Shown one piece after another: positions 30,031 to 39,425 of a stretch of 64,000 nt of DNA (position 1 is the stretch's first letter; each line of letters begins with the position of its first letter). Origin of the DNA: Candidatus Omnitrophota bacterium (GTDB lineage Bacteria; Omnitrophota; Gorgyraeia; Zapsychrales; Zapsychraceae); contig JAIORP010000197.1 of the NCBI GenBank assembly GCA_021108075.1, positions 20,509-84,508 of the forward strand, in the 5' to 3' direction. The translations under genes were made by a program, and so were the position numbers. The notes below the pieces were generated by a model, which had not been told where the DNA came from, made no database searches, and worked only from the letters and a program-made list of their open reading frames with translations.

Positions 30031-31404
30031 ATGAAAGTATTATTGATATCTTCCAATGTCGCTAATACCCCTTACACGATCTATCCATTAGGCATGAGCA
30101 TGATCGCGTCAGCGCTTAAAAACGCGGGGATTGATGTTGAGCAGAGAGATTTTTTAAAAAGCGATAGGTCGTTGACTGTTCTCAAGGAAGAATTGGATAG
30201 AATACAGTCAAATATTGTGGGCATTTCCATTCGCAACATTGATAATGTCAACTTGATGAATGAACAAAGATATATCGACGCGGTAACAGATATTGTCTCA
30301 ATGGTTAAAAAAAATTCAACGGCAATTGTCGTGCTGGGCGGGTCTGGTTTTTCAATTATGCCAGAGCTCATTCTTAAAAAAACAGGTGCGGACTATGGAA
30401 TTGTTGGAGAAGGAGAAGAATTGCTTGTTGAATTTGTAAAGAATGTTGAGAAAGGTATTCTCCCGGAAGAAAAATGCATTCGCAGCAAAGCTCCGATCAG
30501 TGGCGGTAAAATCCCCAACGCGTTGTATGATCCGGAGTTGATGAAATATTATCTTCAAAGCGGCAATGTCGCTTCCGTTCAAACTAAAAGAGGATGTCCT
30601 TGTAAATGCATTTATTGTTCCTATCCCGTTCTGGAAGGATCAAAAATCAGGGCGAGAGATCCCGAAGCTGTTGTTGACGACATACAAATATTGAGTGAAC
30701 AGCATGGCGCCAAGCTCATTTTCTTTACAGATTCTGTCTTCAATGATCATCAGGGAGAATACTTAAAAGTTATCCGGGAAATGAAAGATCGAAACGTGAA
30801 TGTGCCCTGGACCGCGTTCTTTACGCCTAAAGGATTAACAGATGACAATCTGGAGTTAATGAAACAAACAGGATTACGAGCGGCCGAACTCGGATCAGAC
30901 GCTCCCACGGATACGACATTAAAAAATTTAGGAAAATCCTTTCTATTCAAAGATATTATCGAAGCAAATGACCTGTTCGTAAAACATGGCATCGCCGTCG
31001 CGCATTATTACATGTTTGGATGTCCGGCAGAGACGCGATCAACTGTTTTGGAAGGCATCGAAAATATTAAAAGCCTGAAAAACTCCGTCTCATTTATTTT
31101 TATGGGAATCCGTATTTTGCCTGACACGCCCCTGTTGAGGATCGCCCAACAAGATGGCTTGGTTGAAAAGGATAAAGATCTTTTGGATTCTGTTTATTAT
31201 CTCGCCCCCGGCGTGGACAAACAATGGCTGGAAGAAACCTTAACCGGAGGATTCAAGGGCATGAGGAATTGTGTCTTTCCACCAGACGCGTTAGATGGCA
31301 GTCTGCAATTCCTGCACAAAATGGGTTATTCAGGGTGTCTGTGGGACATGTTGCTTGAAGGCAAAGAAAAACGAAAAAGGCATATGAGTTATGACTCAAA
31401 ATGA
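30031..31404 (+). CDS. B12-binding radical SAM enzyme (class B), second copy
   Basis: KVLLISSN...PLGMSMIASALK B12-binding-like N-terminus. RGCPCKCIYCSYP contains CX3CX2C. Confidence 0.75.
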   Translation: MKVLLISSNVANTPYTIYPLGMSMIASALKNAGIDVEQRDFLKSDRSLTVLKEELDRIQSNIVGISIRNIDNVNLMNEQRYIDAVTDIVSMVKKNSTAIVVLGGSGFSIMPELILKKTGADYGIVGEGEELLVEFVKNVEKGILPEEKCIRSKAPISGGKIPNALYDPELMKYYLQSGNVASVQTKRGCPCKCIYCSYPVLEGSKIRARDPEAVVDDIQILSEQHGAKLIFFTDSVFNDHQGEYLKVIREMKDRNVNVPWTAFFTPKGLTDDNLELMKQTGLRAAELGSDAPTDTTLKNLGKSFLFKDIIEANDLFVKHGIAVAHYYMFGCPAETRSTVLEGIENIKSLKNSVSFIFMGIRILPDTPLLRIAQQDGLVEKDKDLLDSVYYLAPGVDKQWLEETLTGGFKGMRNCVFPPDALDGSLQFLHKMGYSGCLWDMLLEGKEKRKRHMSYDSK

Positions 31405-32584
31405 TTCGGACAAAAATAAAATCTGGTGTATCATTCCTGTTTATAATAACGGACGGACATTGCATGATGTTGTATTAGGATGTAAAAATCAGATTGAAAA
31501 TATTGTCGTTGTGGATGACGGCAGCACAGATATTGACGTCCGGCTTAAAGTCGCGGATGACCGCGTCGTTGTTCTCAGGCATGCGACCAATCAGGGCAAA
31601 GGTTCGGCTTTAATGACAGGTTTACGATATGTGCGGAAACACGGCGGGAAATATGCCATTACAATTGATGCCGACGGACAGCATTTTCCCCAGGATATAT
31701 CTAAATTTATTTCTGAGGTTAAAGGGAAGGATGATTTGATCGTGATCGGGGCCAGAGATTTTTCCGTGGAAAATGTGCCCGGCAAAAGCAAATTTGGAAG
31801 AAATTTCGCGAATTTCTGGTTTAAGGTAGAGACAGGGTTACTGATCCGTGATTGTCAAAGTGGCTATCGGGCATATCCCGTTGACCATGTCCTTCAGCTG
31901 GGGATCAAGGGCAAACATTACAATTTCGAAACGGAAGTGATCACAAAAGCGGCCTGGGCAGGATTACGATTGAAAACAATCAATGTTGGTGTTAAATATG
32001 ACAAAGGCAACGCGCGCGTTTCCCATTTTCACGCCTGGAAAGATAATCTTCGTATTTCTAAAACGCACACGTTTCTTGTTTTAAGAAGACTTTTTCCACT
32101 TCCACATAAAAAGCTGATCGCGCGAAAGGAAGATATTATTTATCAAGAATTATTTAAGCATCCGGTCAAAATTTTAAAACATTTACTCAAGGAAAATACA
32201 ACACCGGAAGGATTGGCTGCGTCCGCGGCGGTCGGGATCTTATTAGCGGTGTTGCCGTTAATTGCCATGCACACAATCGCGATCATTTATGTTACAACTC
32301 GACTGCATTTGAACAAAATCATGGCCGTAAGCATTCAAAATCTATGCATACCGCCATTTGTTCCCGCTTTGTGTATAGAGATCGGCCATTATATCCGTTA
32401 TGGAGAATGGCTGACGGAAGTGTCTATTGATGTTATTTTTTATCAGGCTTTGGACCGGATCTGGGAATGGTTTTTAGGGTCGTTAATCGTCGCCCCTGTC
32501 CTGGCAATACTAACAGGAGGGATCGTTTTTATTATTGCGAAGTTCCTGCAGAGAAAGACCCGGAAGGATATCGTCAGTGCCTGA
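31391..32584 (+). CDS. Family-2 glycosyltransferase fused to a C-terminal multi-TM domain
   Basis: IWCIIPVYNNGRTL...VVVDDGSTD (GT2 DxD region). C-terminal ~120 aa with 3-4 TM helices. Confidence 0.7.
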   Translation: MTQNDSDKNKIWCIIPVYNNGRTLHDVVLGCKNQIENIVVVDDGSTDIDVRLKVADDRVVVLRHATNQGKGSALMTGLRYVRKHGGKYAITIDADGQHFPQDISKFISEVKGKDDLIVIGARDFSVENVPGKSKFGRNFANFWFKVETGLLIRDCQSGYRAYPVDHVLQLGIKGKHYNFETEVITKAAWAGLRLKTINVGVKYDKGNARVSHFHAWKDNLRISKTHTFLVLRRLFPLPHKKLIARKEDIIYQELFKHPVKILKHLLKENTTPEGLAASAAVGILLAVLPLIAMHTIAIIYVTTRLHLNKIMAVSIQNLCIPPFVPALCIEIGHYIRYGEWLTEVSIDVIFYQALDRIWEWFLGSLIVAPVLAILTGGIVFIIAKFLQRKTRKDIVSA

Positions 32585-33473
32585 GAAGATCAAAGTCAAG
32601 AAAAGAGGCAATGAACTTGGTTTTCAAATCTTTATGCTCTCTACAAAACTTTTTGGTCTAAGAGGGGCCTATGGGCTGCTGTATATTGTTTGTGCACACT
32701 ATCTCCTGTTTGACCGGCCTGCGGTTAAAGGCGCGTTAGCGTATACTCAGAGACGATTCAGCGGTGAAGGAATATTCAAGAAGTACTGGCGTGTGTATTT
32801 GCTCTTTGTTAATCAGGGAAAAGCATTGGTTGACCGGTACGCGGTCGCTTCGGGCTACGATGGCTTTAAGATCAACGTCGAAGGCTTTGATCAGGTTAAA
32901 AATATTCTGAACAAGGGGGGGAAAGGCTGCATCTTGCTGACATCGCATGTGGGTAACTGGCAATTAGCCTTGTCTTGTTTGAAAGAACTGGATAAAGACA
33001 TTTATCTTTTAATGCGCCCGGAAGATAATATTGCCGTAAAAAAATATTTAAGGATCGACACTGAAGGCAAGCAGGTAAAAATCATATCTCCGGAACAGGA
33101 CTTTGGTGGAACAATTGAGGTCATGGAAAAGGTTAAAAATGGAAATGTTGTTTCTATTATGGGCGACCGGAAGTATGGTTTTCCCGCGCTTGAAGTGAAT
33201 TTTATCGGAGATAAGGCCGGTTTTCCTTTTGGAGCATTTCATATCGCGGCGACACTGGAATGCCCGGTCATTGTCTTGTTGACGGCGAAACTTGGGCATC
33301 GCGACTATTGTGTTGATTTTAAGAACATCATTCGTCCCAAATATAAGGGCAAAACAGATAAAAAACAACAGTTGAAAAAGGATATGCAGGCTTACGCGAC
33401 AATATTAAATATATTCGCAAAAACTTATCCGTATCAAGTGTTTCTTTTCGCAGACGTATGGCATAAACAGTAA
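32535..33473 (+). CDS. LpxL/HtrB-family (lipid A biosynthesis-type) acyltransferase. The true start is probably an internal Met.
   Basis: LTSHVGNWQLA matches the HxGNWE motif of Lip_A_acyltrans enzymes. Confidence 0.6.
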   Translation: MRSSCRERPGRISSVPEKIKVKKRGNELGFQIFMLSTKLFGLRGAYGLLYIVCAHYLLFDRPAVKGALAYTQRRFSGEGIFKKYWRVYLLFVNQGKALVDRYAVASGYDGFKINVEGFDQVKNILNKGGKGCILLTSHVGNWQLALSCLKELDKDIYLLMRPEDNIAVKKYLRIDTEGKQVKIISPEQDFGGTIEVMEKVKNGNVVSIMGDRKYGFPALEVNFIGDKAGFPFGAFHIAATLECPVIVLLTAKLGHRDYCVDFKNIIRPKYKGKTDKKQQLKKDMQAYATILNIFAKTYPYQVFLFADVWHKQ

Positions 33474-33493
33474 AAACGAAGGAGAAAGAATTA

Positions 33494-33781
33494 ATGGGAG
33501 AAGAGAACAAAAAATTAAAAATAATTCGAAAAAAATTAAAGGTATTATTGGTCGACCATCTTTCGCTTGAAGATATCAAACCGGAAGATATCAAAGATGA
33601 TGAGATCCTTTTTGGTGAAGGATTAGGGCTCGATTCTCTTGACGCGGTTGAGATAGTCGTTCTGCTGCAAAGAAATTTTGGATTGGAAGTTAAAGACTTG
33701 AATAAAGGCAGAGAAATTTTTTATTCGATCGACACCCTGGCAAAATATGTTGCTGAGAATATGGATGAGAAAGCAGAATAA
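33494..33781 (+). CDS. Acyl carrier protein (cluster ACP 2)
   Basis: GLGLDSLDAVEIVVLLQRNFG. Confidence 0.8.
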   Translation: MGEENKKLKIIRKKLKVLLVDHLSLEDIKPEDIKDDEILFGEGLGLDSLDAVEIVVLLQRNFGLEVKDLNKGREIFYSIDTLAKYVAENMDEKAE

Positions 33782-34951
33782 TTGAGGATGAATGAACACA
33801 TAAGTATCGCAAGTATGGGATGTATTTCAGCTGCCGGAAAGAATATGGCAGAGACATTGCAGACGTTCAAACAGGGCCATGTCAATATTGGAAAAATAAC
33901 TTTGTTTGAAACAGATCTGGATAAGCCTGCTTTTGAGGTCAAGGACTATGTGCTCAAACGCAAAAACAGAACGCTTAGTTTGTTATTGACGGCCGTTGAA
34001 GAAGCACTGGAGAATTATGATGGAAATCTTGCAGGTTCAAAATACAGGATCGGCATTTGCATTGGGACAACGGTTGCCAGCCAATTGAATAACATCAAAT
34101 TTTATAAGGAATTCAAAGAAACCGGCCGTTCTGATATCAGCCCTGTCAATGAGTATTTAAAAGGAAATTTAGCTGATGCCCTCGCGCGCGAATACAAGTT
34201 AAATGGACCAAAAGTTGTTGTCGTGAACGCCTGTTCTTCCGGTGCTGACGCCATCGGGACCGCCATGTCCTGGTTAAAAAATGATCAATGCGACATAGCT
34301 ATCGCGGGTGGCGCGGATGAATTGAATAAAATTCCTGTTTGCGGGTTCAACGCGCTGGGGATCATAAGCGATAAGCCATGCGCGCCTTTTGATAAGGACC
34401 GAAAAGGTTTGAACCTTGGGGAAGGTGCCGGTGTCCTGATCCTCGAACGGGCGAAAATAACCTCAAAAATAAACGCTCGACCGGAATTATTTATTGCTGC
34501 TTATGGATCCGGCTCAGACGCGTATCATTTGACAGCCCCACACCCTGACGGAAGAGGGCTCAAATCCGCCATCAGCGAAGCCCTTTTTCAAGCAAACATT
34601 ACTTGTGGCCAGGTCGGGTTTATCAATGCGCACGGAACAGCGACACCGGATAATGATAAAGTCGAAGGAAAAGTGATTAAAGAGTTGTTTGGACCTGAGA
34701 TCAAAATGTATTCATCGAAAGGTTACACGGGGCACACATTGGGCGCTGCCGGGGCGATTGAAACGGTATTTACGGCCCTGGCTTTAAAAGAAGGCTGGGT
34801 GCCGAAAAGTGCCGGATTTAAAAATAAAGATGAAGAAATCGGGATCTCTCCTTTAAAACAAAACACAAAAGTTAACAGTAAATACGCGTTATCAACATCG
34901 TTGGCGTTTGGAGGAAACAATGCCGCTTTGTTGATCAAAAAAGAAGCGTAA
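33782..34951 (+). CDS. Beta-ketoacyl synthase (ApeR/FabF-like)
   Basis: VVNACSSGADAIGTA active-site Cys. NAHGTAT and GHTLGAAG. Confidence 0.8.
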   Translation: MRMNEHISIASMGCISAAGKNMAETLQTFKQGHVNIGKITLFETDLDKPAFEVKDYVLKRKNRTLSLLLTAVEEALENYDGNLAGSKYRIGICIGTTVASQLNNIKFYKEFKETGRSDISPVNEYLKGNLADALAREYKLNGPKVVVVNACSSGADAIGTAMSWLKNDQCDIAIAGGADELNKIPVCGFNALGIISDKPCAPFDKDRKGLNLGEGAGVLILERAKITSKINARPELFIAAYGSGSDAYHLTAPHPDGRGLKSAISEALFQANITCGQVGFINAHGTATPDNDKVEGKVIKELFGPEIKMYSSKGYTGHTLGAAGAIETVFTALALKEGWVPKSAGFKNKDEEIGISPLKQNTKVNSKYALSTSLAFGGNNAALLIKKEA

Positions 34952-34952
34952 G

Positions 34953-35984
34953 ATGAATATACAGGGAATAGGAATACTATCAGGCACGGGAAGAGGGATT
35001 AAAAGCTTTGAACAAGCGCTGGAGCGGGGCCCCGCGACTCCAAAGGTATCGATGTATTCTCCCGCGACAAATAAAGAGATACCCGTTTTTAGTATTGATA
35101 ACGCGTTATTGAAAGATCCGCTTGTCTTGAAAAGTTCCCGACGGGCCGATAGATTCTGCAGAATGGCCGTGTTGGCCGCCTGGGATGCTTTAGCGGATAG
35201 CGGGATTAAAATCCGGGAAGAAGAAAAACTCGGGGTGATTGTCGCAACCGCGTTCGGCCCGCACAAAACAACCTTCAATTTTTTAGATAATATTCTTGAT
35301 TATGGAGATGCCGCGGTTTCACCCACAATATTTTCTCACTCTGTTCACAATGCCGCCGCTTCATATATCACGTCGGCTTTGAACACGCAAGGACCGGTGA
35401 GCACGCTGACTGATTTTTGTTTTCCTTTTCACGAAGCTTTACGATTAGCTGAAGCATGGATCAACCAGGGCCGCTGTCAGTATGTTTTAATCGGAACAGT
35501 GGACGAATTAAGTCCCGCGATGGAGTACATTTGTGATCAGAAATGCGATATCAATGAAGAAGGGAAAATGAAGCCATTTGAATTCAGTGACAAGGCACAG
35601 ACCGTTCCCGGGGAGGGCAGCGTGTTTTTTCTGCTGAGCAAAAATGAAGAAAACACAAAGTATTGCCGTATCAAACGGAAAAATGAAGCGGCAGTTGCGG
35701 ATATGTTCATCCTCGAATCTGATGGGATGATAACGGATGAGACGGTGTACAAGCAGCTGGATACCGGAGACGCAAATTTGTTTAACGCCTCACCTATCTT
35801 TGGAGGAATGATGTCTTCCACAGGTTTTCACTGCGCTTCTGCCGCGTTGATGCTGAAGAATGACCGGATTTATTCAAAATTCGCGCAGGATCAAAATAGC
35901 CATGCCCGGAACAGTCCAGACAATATTGTTTCCGTGAAATATTGTTGCAACAGGAATAAAGCCATTGTGCGTTTAACAAAATAG
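34953..35984 (+). CDS. KS-like protein lacking the catalytic Cys (second chain-length-factor-like partner)
   Basis: KS-like fold signatures (VIVATAFGP..., FSHSVHNAAASYITSALNTQGPVSTL). No CSS/CSG nucleophile. Confidence 0.55.
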   Translation: MNIQGIGILSGTGRGIKSFEQALERGPATPKVSMYSPATNKEIPVFSIDNALLKDPLVLKSSRRADRFCRMAVLAAWDALADSGIKIREEEKLGVIVATAFGPHKTTFNFLDNILDYGDAAVSPTIFSHSVHNAAASYITSALNTQGPVSTLTDFCFPFHEALRLAEAWINQGRCQYVLIGTVDELSPAMEYICDQKCDINEEGKMKPFEFSDKAQTVPGEGSVFFLLSKNEENTKYCRIKRKNEAAVADMFILESDGMITDETVYKQLDTGDANLFNASPIFGGMMSSTGFHCASAALMLKNDRIYSKFAQDQNSHARNSPDNIVSVKYCCNRNKAIVRLTK

Positions 35985-35999
35985 CTGTGGAGGTGTTCC

Positions 36000-36590
36000 A
36001 TGAAAAATTTAAAGATACGCGCATTTTGCTTAATAATCGCCAGCTTCATTGTATTGTTATTGCCAGTGAACTCAAGCGCGGCGAAAAGAAAAAAAGTAGA
36101 TTATGTGGGCAAAACATTCTATTTGCAAACCAATATGTGGAACGAGTCAGGCAAAGACATCCTATCGACCAATTTTCATAGAGGCGGAATCATTCCCGTC
36201 GGGACAGAAGTAACGATTAAGTCCATGGGCAGAACGGCCATTAAATTCACGACGAAGGAAACGGGCAAACAGTTTAAGTTTGTATTAGCAAAAAAACACA
36301 GCAAATTGAATATTTTTGAATTAGCGGATAGATATTTCGGAGCGGATCATCCACTGACAGGGAAATACACGAATTTTTCTGCTGAAGAAAAGGATAGCAT
36401 TAAGAAAGGCATCATAACAACAGGGATGTCAAAAGACGCCGTTGTCATGGCGTACGGTTACCCCCCGACACATCGGACACCCGGTTTAGATTTGGATACA
36501 TGGAACTACTGGGAAAACCGTATACGAAGGTTTGAGGTAATGTTCAGTAAAGGAAAAGTTGTTAACATAAACGGCATGACATTCAATTAA
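36000..36590 (+). CDS. Hypothetical exported protein inside the lipid cluster
   Basis: Signal peptide (CLIIASFIVLLLPVNSSA). No known motif. GMSKDAVVMAYGYP is weakly BamE/SmpA-like. Confidence 0.4.
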   Translation: MKNLKIRAFCLIIASFIVLLLPVNSSAAKRKKVDYVGKTFYLQTNMWNESGKDILSTNFHRGGIIPVGTEVTIKSMGRTAIKFTTKETGKQFKFVLAKKHSKLNIFELADRYFGADHPLTGKYTNFSAEEKDSIKKGIITTGMSKDAVVMAYGYPPTHRTPGLDLDTWNYWENRIRRFEVMFSKGKVVNINGMTFN

Positions 36591-36670
36591 TACCAATTCC
36601 AGTAAATAATGACCGAAGTCAATTCTGCTTTTCAGAATTAAGATAGAACAACTTGTTAATGGATTTGGTA
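36591..36670 (+). mobile_element. MITE-like element copy 4 (80-bp core form), inserted inside the lipid cluster
   Basis: TACCAATTCCAGTAAATAATGACCGAAGTCAATTCTGCTTTTCAGAATTAAGATAGAACAACTTGTTAATGGATTTGGTA with TAA flanks. Confidence 0.8.
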
Positions 36671-36681
36671 TAAGGGGGAGA

Positions 36682-36942
36682 ATGGACTCAGCTACCAAGA
36701 AAAATATCGAAGACACATTAACGGCGGAAATAGCGTTGATTCTTTCAAAGGACGCCAACGCGATCGCCAGGGATGAATCATTGCATTCTATGGGAATGGA
36801 TTCTCTGAGTTTTGTTGAGTTATTGGTTTCGATAGAGAGTAACTTTAATCTGACGCTGGTGAACACGAATTTGGACAGAGAAGATTTCAGTACCATCGCG
36901 AACCTGGCCCGACGTATTTATGAAGAGCTCCATGAAAAATAA
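36682..36942 (+). CDS. Acyl carrier protein (cluster ACP 3)
   Basis: SMGMDSLSFVELLVSIESNFN carrier-protein Ser motif. Confidence 0.7.
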   Translation: MDSATKKNIEDTLTAEIALILSKDANAIARDESLHSMGMDSLSFVELLVSIESNFNLTLVNTNLDREDFSTIANLARRIYEELHEK

Positions 36943-38230
36943 ACGCTATCTGACCGGTGTTGATTGGCTCATTCATGTTTTTGATCATATGAACAGAAAA
37001 ACGATCGAAAGCGGGAATGAATTCCACATTGTCCTGAAAGTTGACGGGGTGGTTCAGGTTGATTTTTTTGAGAACGACCTGAATGCTTTTCTTCAAAAAT
37101 ATTCTGTTTTCAAGGGAAAAGTCGCGCGGGCGTGGAATCTTGCCCCGTTCTGGAAAGTAAGACAGGACCAGCCTATCGTTCAGACAGCGACACAAACAAC
37201 AGAGATCCTTGATCTTTCGGAGTTCGACTTATGTTTGGACGGTTTGATAAAAAAACATAAATATGATCCCTCATGTTATCTCTTTTCAGACCTTATCATT
37301 TGCAAGGGTCAAACCTTTGTTGTTTTTACATTCAGCCATAAAATATTTGATGGTTTAGGAGGGGAGCTGTTCCTTCAAACTTTTCAAAATTTTTCAACCG
37401 ATAGAACGGGATTTAAAGTTGAAGAACAATCAACAGAACCTTCACATCTGGACAAATGGACAGAAAAATTCAGATCAGGGCGGACGATCAACCGCGCATT
37501 GATCAAAATGTCTCCTGAGAGAAGATTAAGGTCCTTTCCCCTTGACGCGCGCGAAGATAGTAATTATGTGTTTGCGCGCGTCCATTTTACAGAAAAGGAA
37601 AGTGCCCGTATCATTGAACAGGCAAATAAAAAGGCCGGATATTTGCTCGTAATGCCCTTTTTACTGGCACGAACTGTTCAGATATTCAGTGGCCTGTTTG
37701 ATAAAAGGGGTTTCGATAAAGATAATATTGTTGTTCCTGTGACAGTTAACGCGCGCAAGGAAGAAAAAAAAGCAAAAAAAATGTTTTTCAATCATCTGTC
37801 ATTTTTGTTTTTCAAATTTGAAGCGGAAGAAATGGGGAAACCGGAAAGGATATTAACATCGGTTAAAGAACAACTCTTTGATCAAATAAAAAATAAATTC
37901 TCCAAACAGTTCATGGACAACGCCATGCTGATGCGGATTCTCCCTGTCTCTCTTTTGAGCAAATTGTTGGGGTTGTATTCAAAAGGGGCGATGGCTTCGT
38001 TCTCCTTTTCCTACGTCGGAGAAACAGTTTATAAATCTGATACATTCCTGGGACAACCGGTGAGCAATCTCTTCCATTTGCCCAGACCTTCTGTGCCTCC
38101 GGGGTTGGGTGTGATCTTCAGCAATTACAAGGGGAAATTAAATTTAACCATTTCTTATTTAAACAATATTTTTACAGAAGAGGACATTGATTACCTGAAA
38201 TCAGGGTTCAAAAAGTTATCCGATGAATGA
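36920..38230 (+). CDS. Condensation-domain / WS-DGAT-like acyltransferase
   Basis: FSHKIFDGLGG resembles the HHxxxDG catalytic motif of C-domain/wax-ester-synthase acyltransferases. 436 aa. Confidence 0.5.
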   Translation: MKSSMKNKRYLTGVDWLIHVFDHMNRKTIESGNEFHIVLKVDGVVQVDFFENDLNAFLQKYSVFKGKVARAWNLAPFWKVRQDQPIVQTATQTTEILDLSEFDLCLDGLIKKHKYDPSCYLFSDLIICKGQTFVVFTFSHKIFDGLGGELFLQTFQNFSTDRTGFKVEEQSTEPSHLDKWTEKFRSGRTINRALIKMSPERRLRSFPLDAREDSNYVFARVHFTEKESARIIEQANKKAGYLLVMPFLLARTVQIFSGLFDKRGFDKDNIVVPVTVNARKEEKKAKKMFFNHLSFLFFKFEAEEMGKPERILTSVKEQLFDQIKNKFSKQFMDNAMLMRILPVSLLSKLLGLYSKGAMASFSFSYVGETVYKSDTFLGQPVSNLFHLPRPSVPPGLGVIFSNYKGKLNLTISYLNNIFTEEDIDYLKSGFKKLSDE

Positions 38231-39425
38231 CCGGAAAAATAAAATTATTTGTGACGTGCTGGTTGTCGGTGCGGGTGTTGCCGGTGTCTGTGCGACGGCC
38301 GCTGTAGCCAGAGAAGGATTGCGTGTCGTAATCGTCGAGAAGCATGACTTTCCCGGAGGCGTTGCGGAAAACTCAATGAACCGGTATGTTTGCGGTCTCT
38401 ACTCCAATGAACGGGCTGAAAAAAAAGGTCTGGAAGACACATTAAACAATGATATCACATTCGAACTGGTAAAATTCCTTACCGAGCGATATAAAGTCAA
38501 AGAACCGGACAGAATGGGAAAGGTCTTTGTTTTGCCGCTTCCGGACGGAAGCTTGAAGATGTTTTTATCCGGCCTTTTAGATCAGCATGAGAACATCGGG
38601 AAATATTTTATGGCCGAAGCGGTTCGTGTTCAGAAAAACAATGAGCATATTGAGCAGGTCCATGTGAGCCACAAGGGACAAATCCTCGAAATCAACTGCA
38701 AGGTCGTTATTGATTGCAGCGGGGATGCTGTTGTTTCAAAATTAGCACAGGCGCCTTATCAGCTTGAAGAGCCCGCGCGAATACAATTAAGCAGTTATTC
38801 AGGAAAAGTTGTTCGCCTGGAAAACATGGATGAGAGCCTGATGATCAAGGTGCCTTATTTTTGCGCAAAATATATCGCGTCAGGAACTCTTCCGGACAGT
38901 TTGCGATTCACAAAATTCCTTCCGGGTGACGCGACAGGAGAGGGTATGTTGAAAATGAATTTGCCTTATGAAAAAGATGGGTTTGATGTTCGTTTAGCAG
39001 ATAAATATATGAACGAACTGTTAAATTTTTTACGCGAACAGATCCCTGCATTTGCCGACGCTAAACGAGGAGACTCCAGCAAATACGTGTCAGACCGGGA
39101 AGGAGCGCGGTTAAGCGGTCAATATGTTCTAACTCAAGATGATGTGTGTGCGGCGAGAAAATTTAAAGACGCGGTCGTGAAAGCGGCCTGGCCGATTGAA
39201 ATATGGTCACCGGAGAAAGGCGTTCATTACCAATACATCAAGGAAAATGATCATTATGAAATTCCAAAAAGATGTTTGCTCTCCCAAAAAATATCAAATT
39301 TGATTGCGGCCGGAAAATGCATTTCGGTTTCGCATGAAGCACTGGGCTCAACGCGAGTGATGGGACCTTGCATGTCAACAGGGGAAGCGGCCGGGAAGTG
39401 TGCCGTGGAGATCATAAGAAGATGA
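38223..39425 (+). CDS. FAD-dependent oxidoreductase (HI0933/GidA-like dinucleotide-binding enzyme)
   Basis: VLVVGAGVAGVCATAAVAREGLRVVIVEKHDFPGG. Confidence 0.7.
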   Translation: MNDRKNKIICDVLVVGAGVAGVCATAAVAREGLRVVIVEKHDFPGGVAENSMNRYVCGLYSNERAEKKGLEDTLNNDITFELVKFLTERYKVKEPDRMGKVFVLPLPDGSLKMFLSGLLDQHENIGKYFMAEAVRVQKNNEHIEQVHVSHKGQILEINCKVVIDCSGDAVVSKLAQAPYQLEEPARIQLSSYSGKVVRLENMDESLMIKVPYFCAKYIASGTLPDSLRFTKFLPGDATGEGMLKMNLPYEKDGFDVRLADKYMNELLNFLREQIPAFADAKRGDSSKYVSDREGARLSGQYVLTQDDVCAARKFKDAVVKAAWPIEIWSPEKGVHYQYIKENDHYEIPKRCLLSQKISNLIAAGKCISVSHEALGSTRVMGPCMSTGEAAGKCAVEIIRR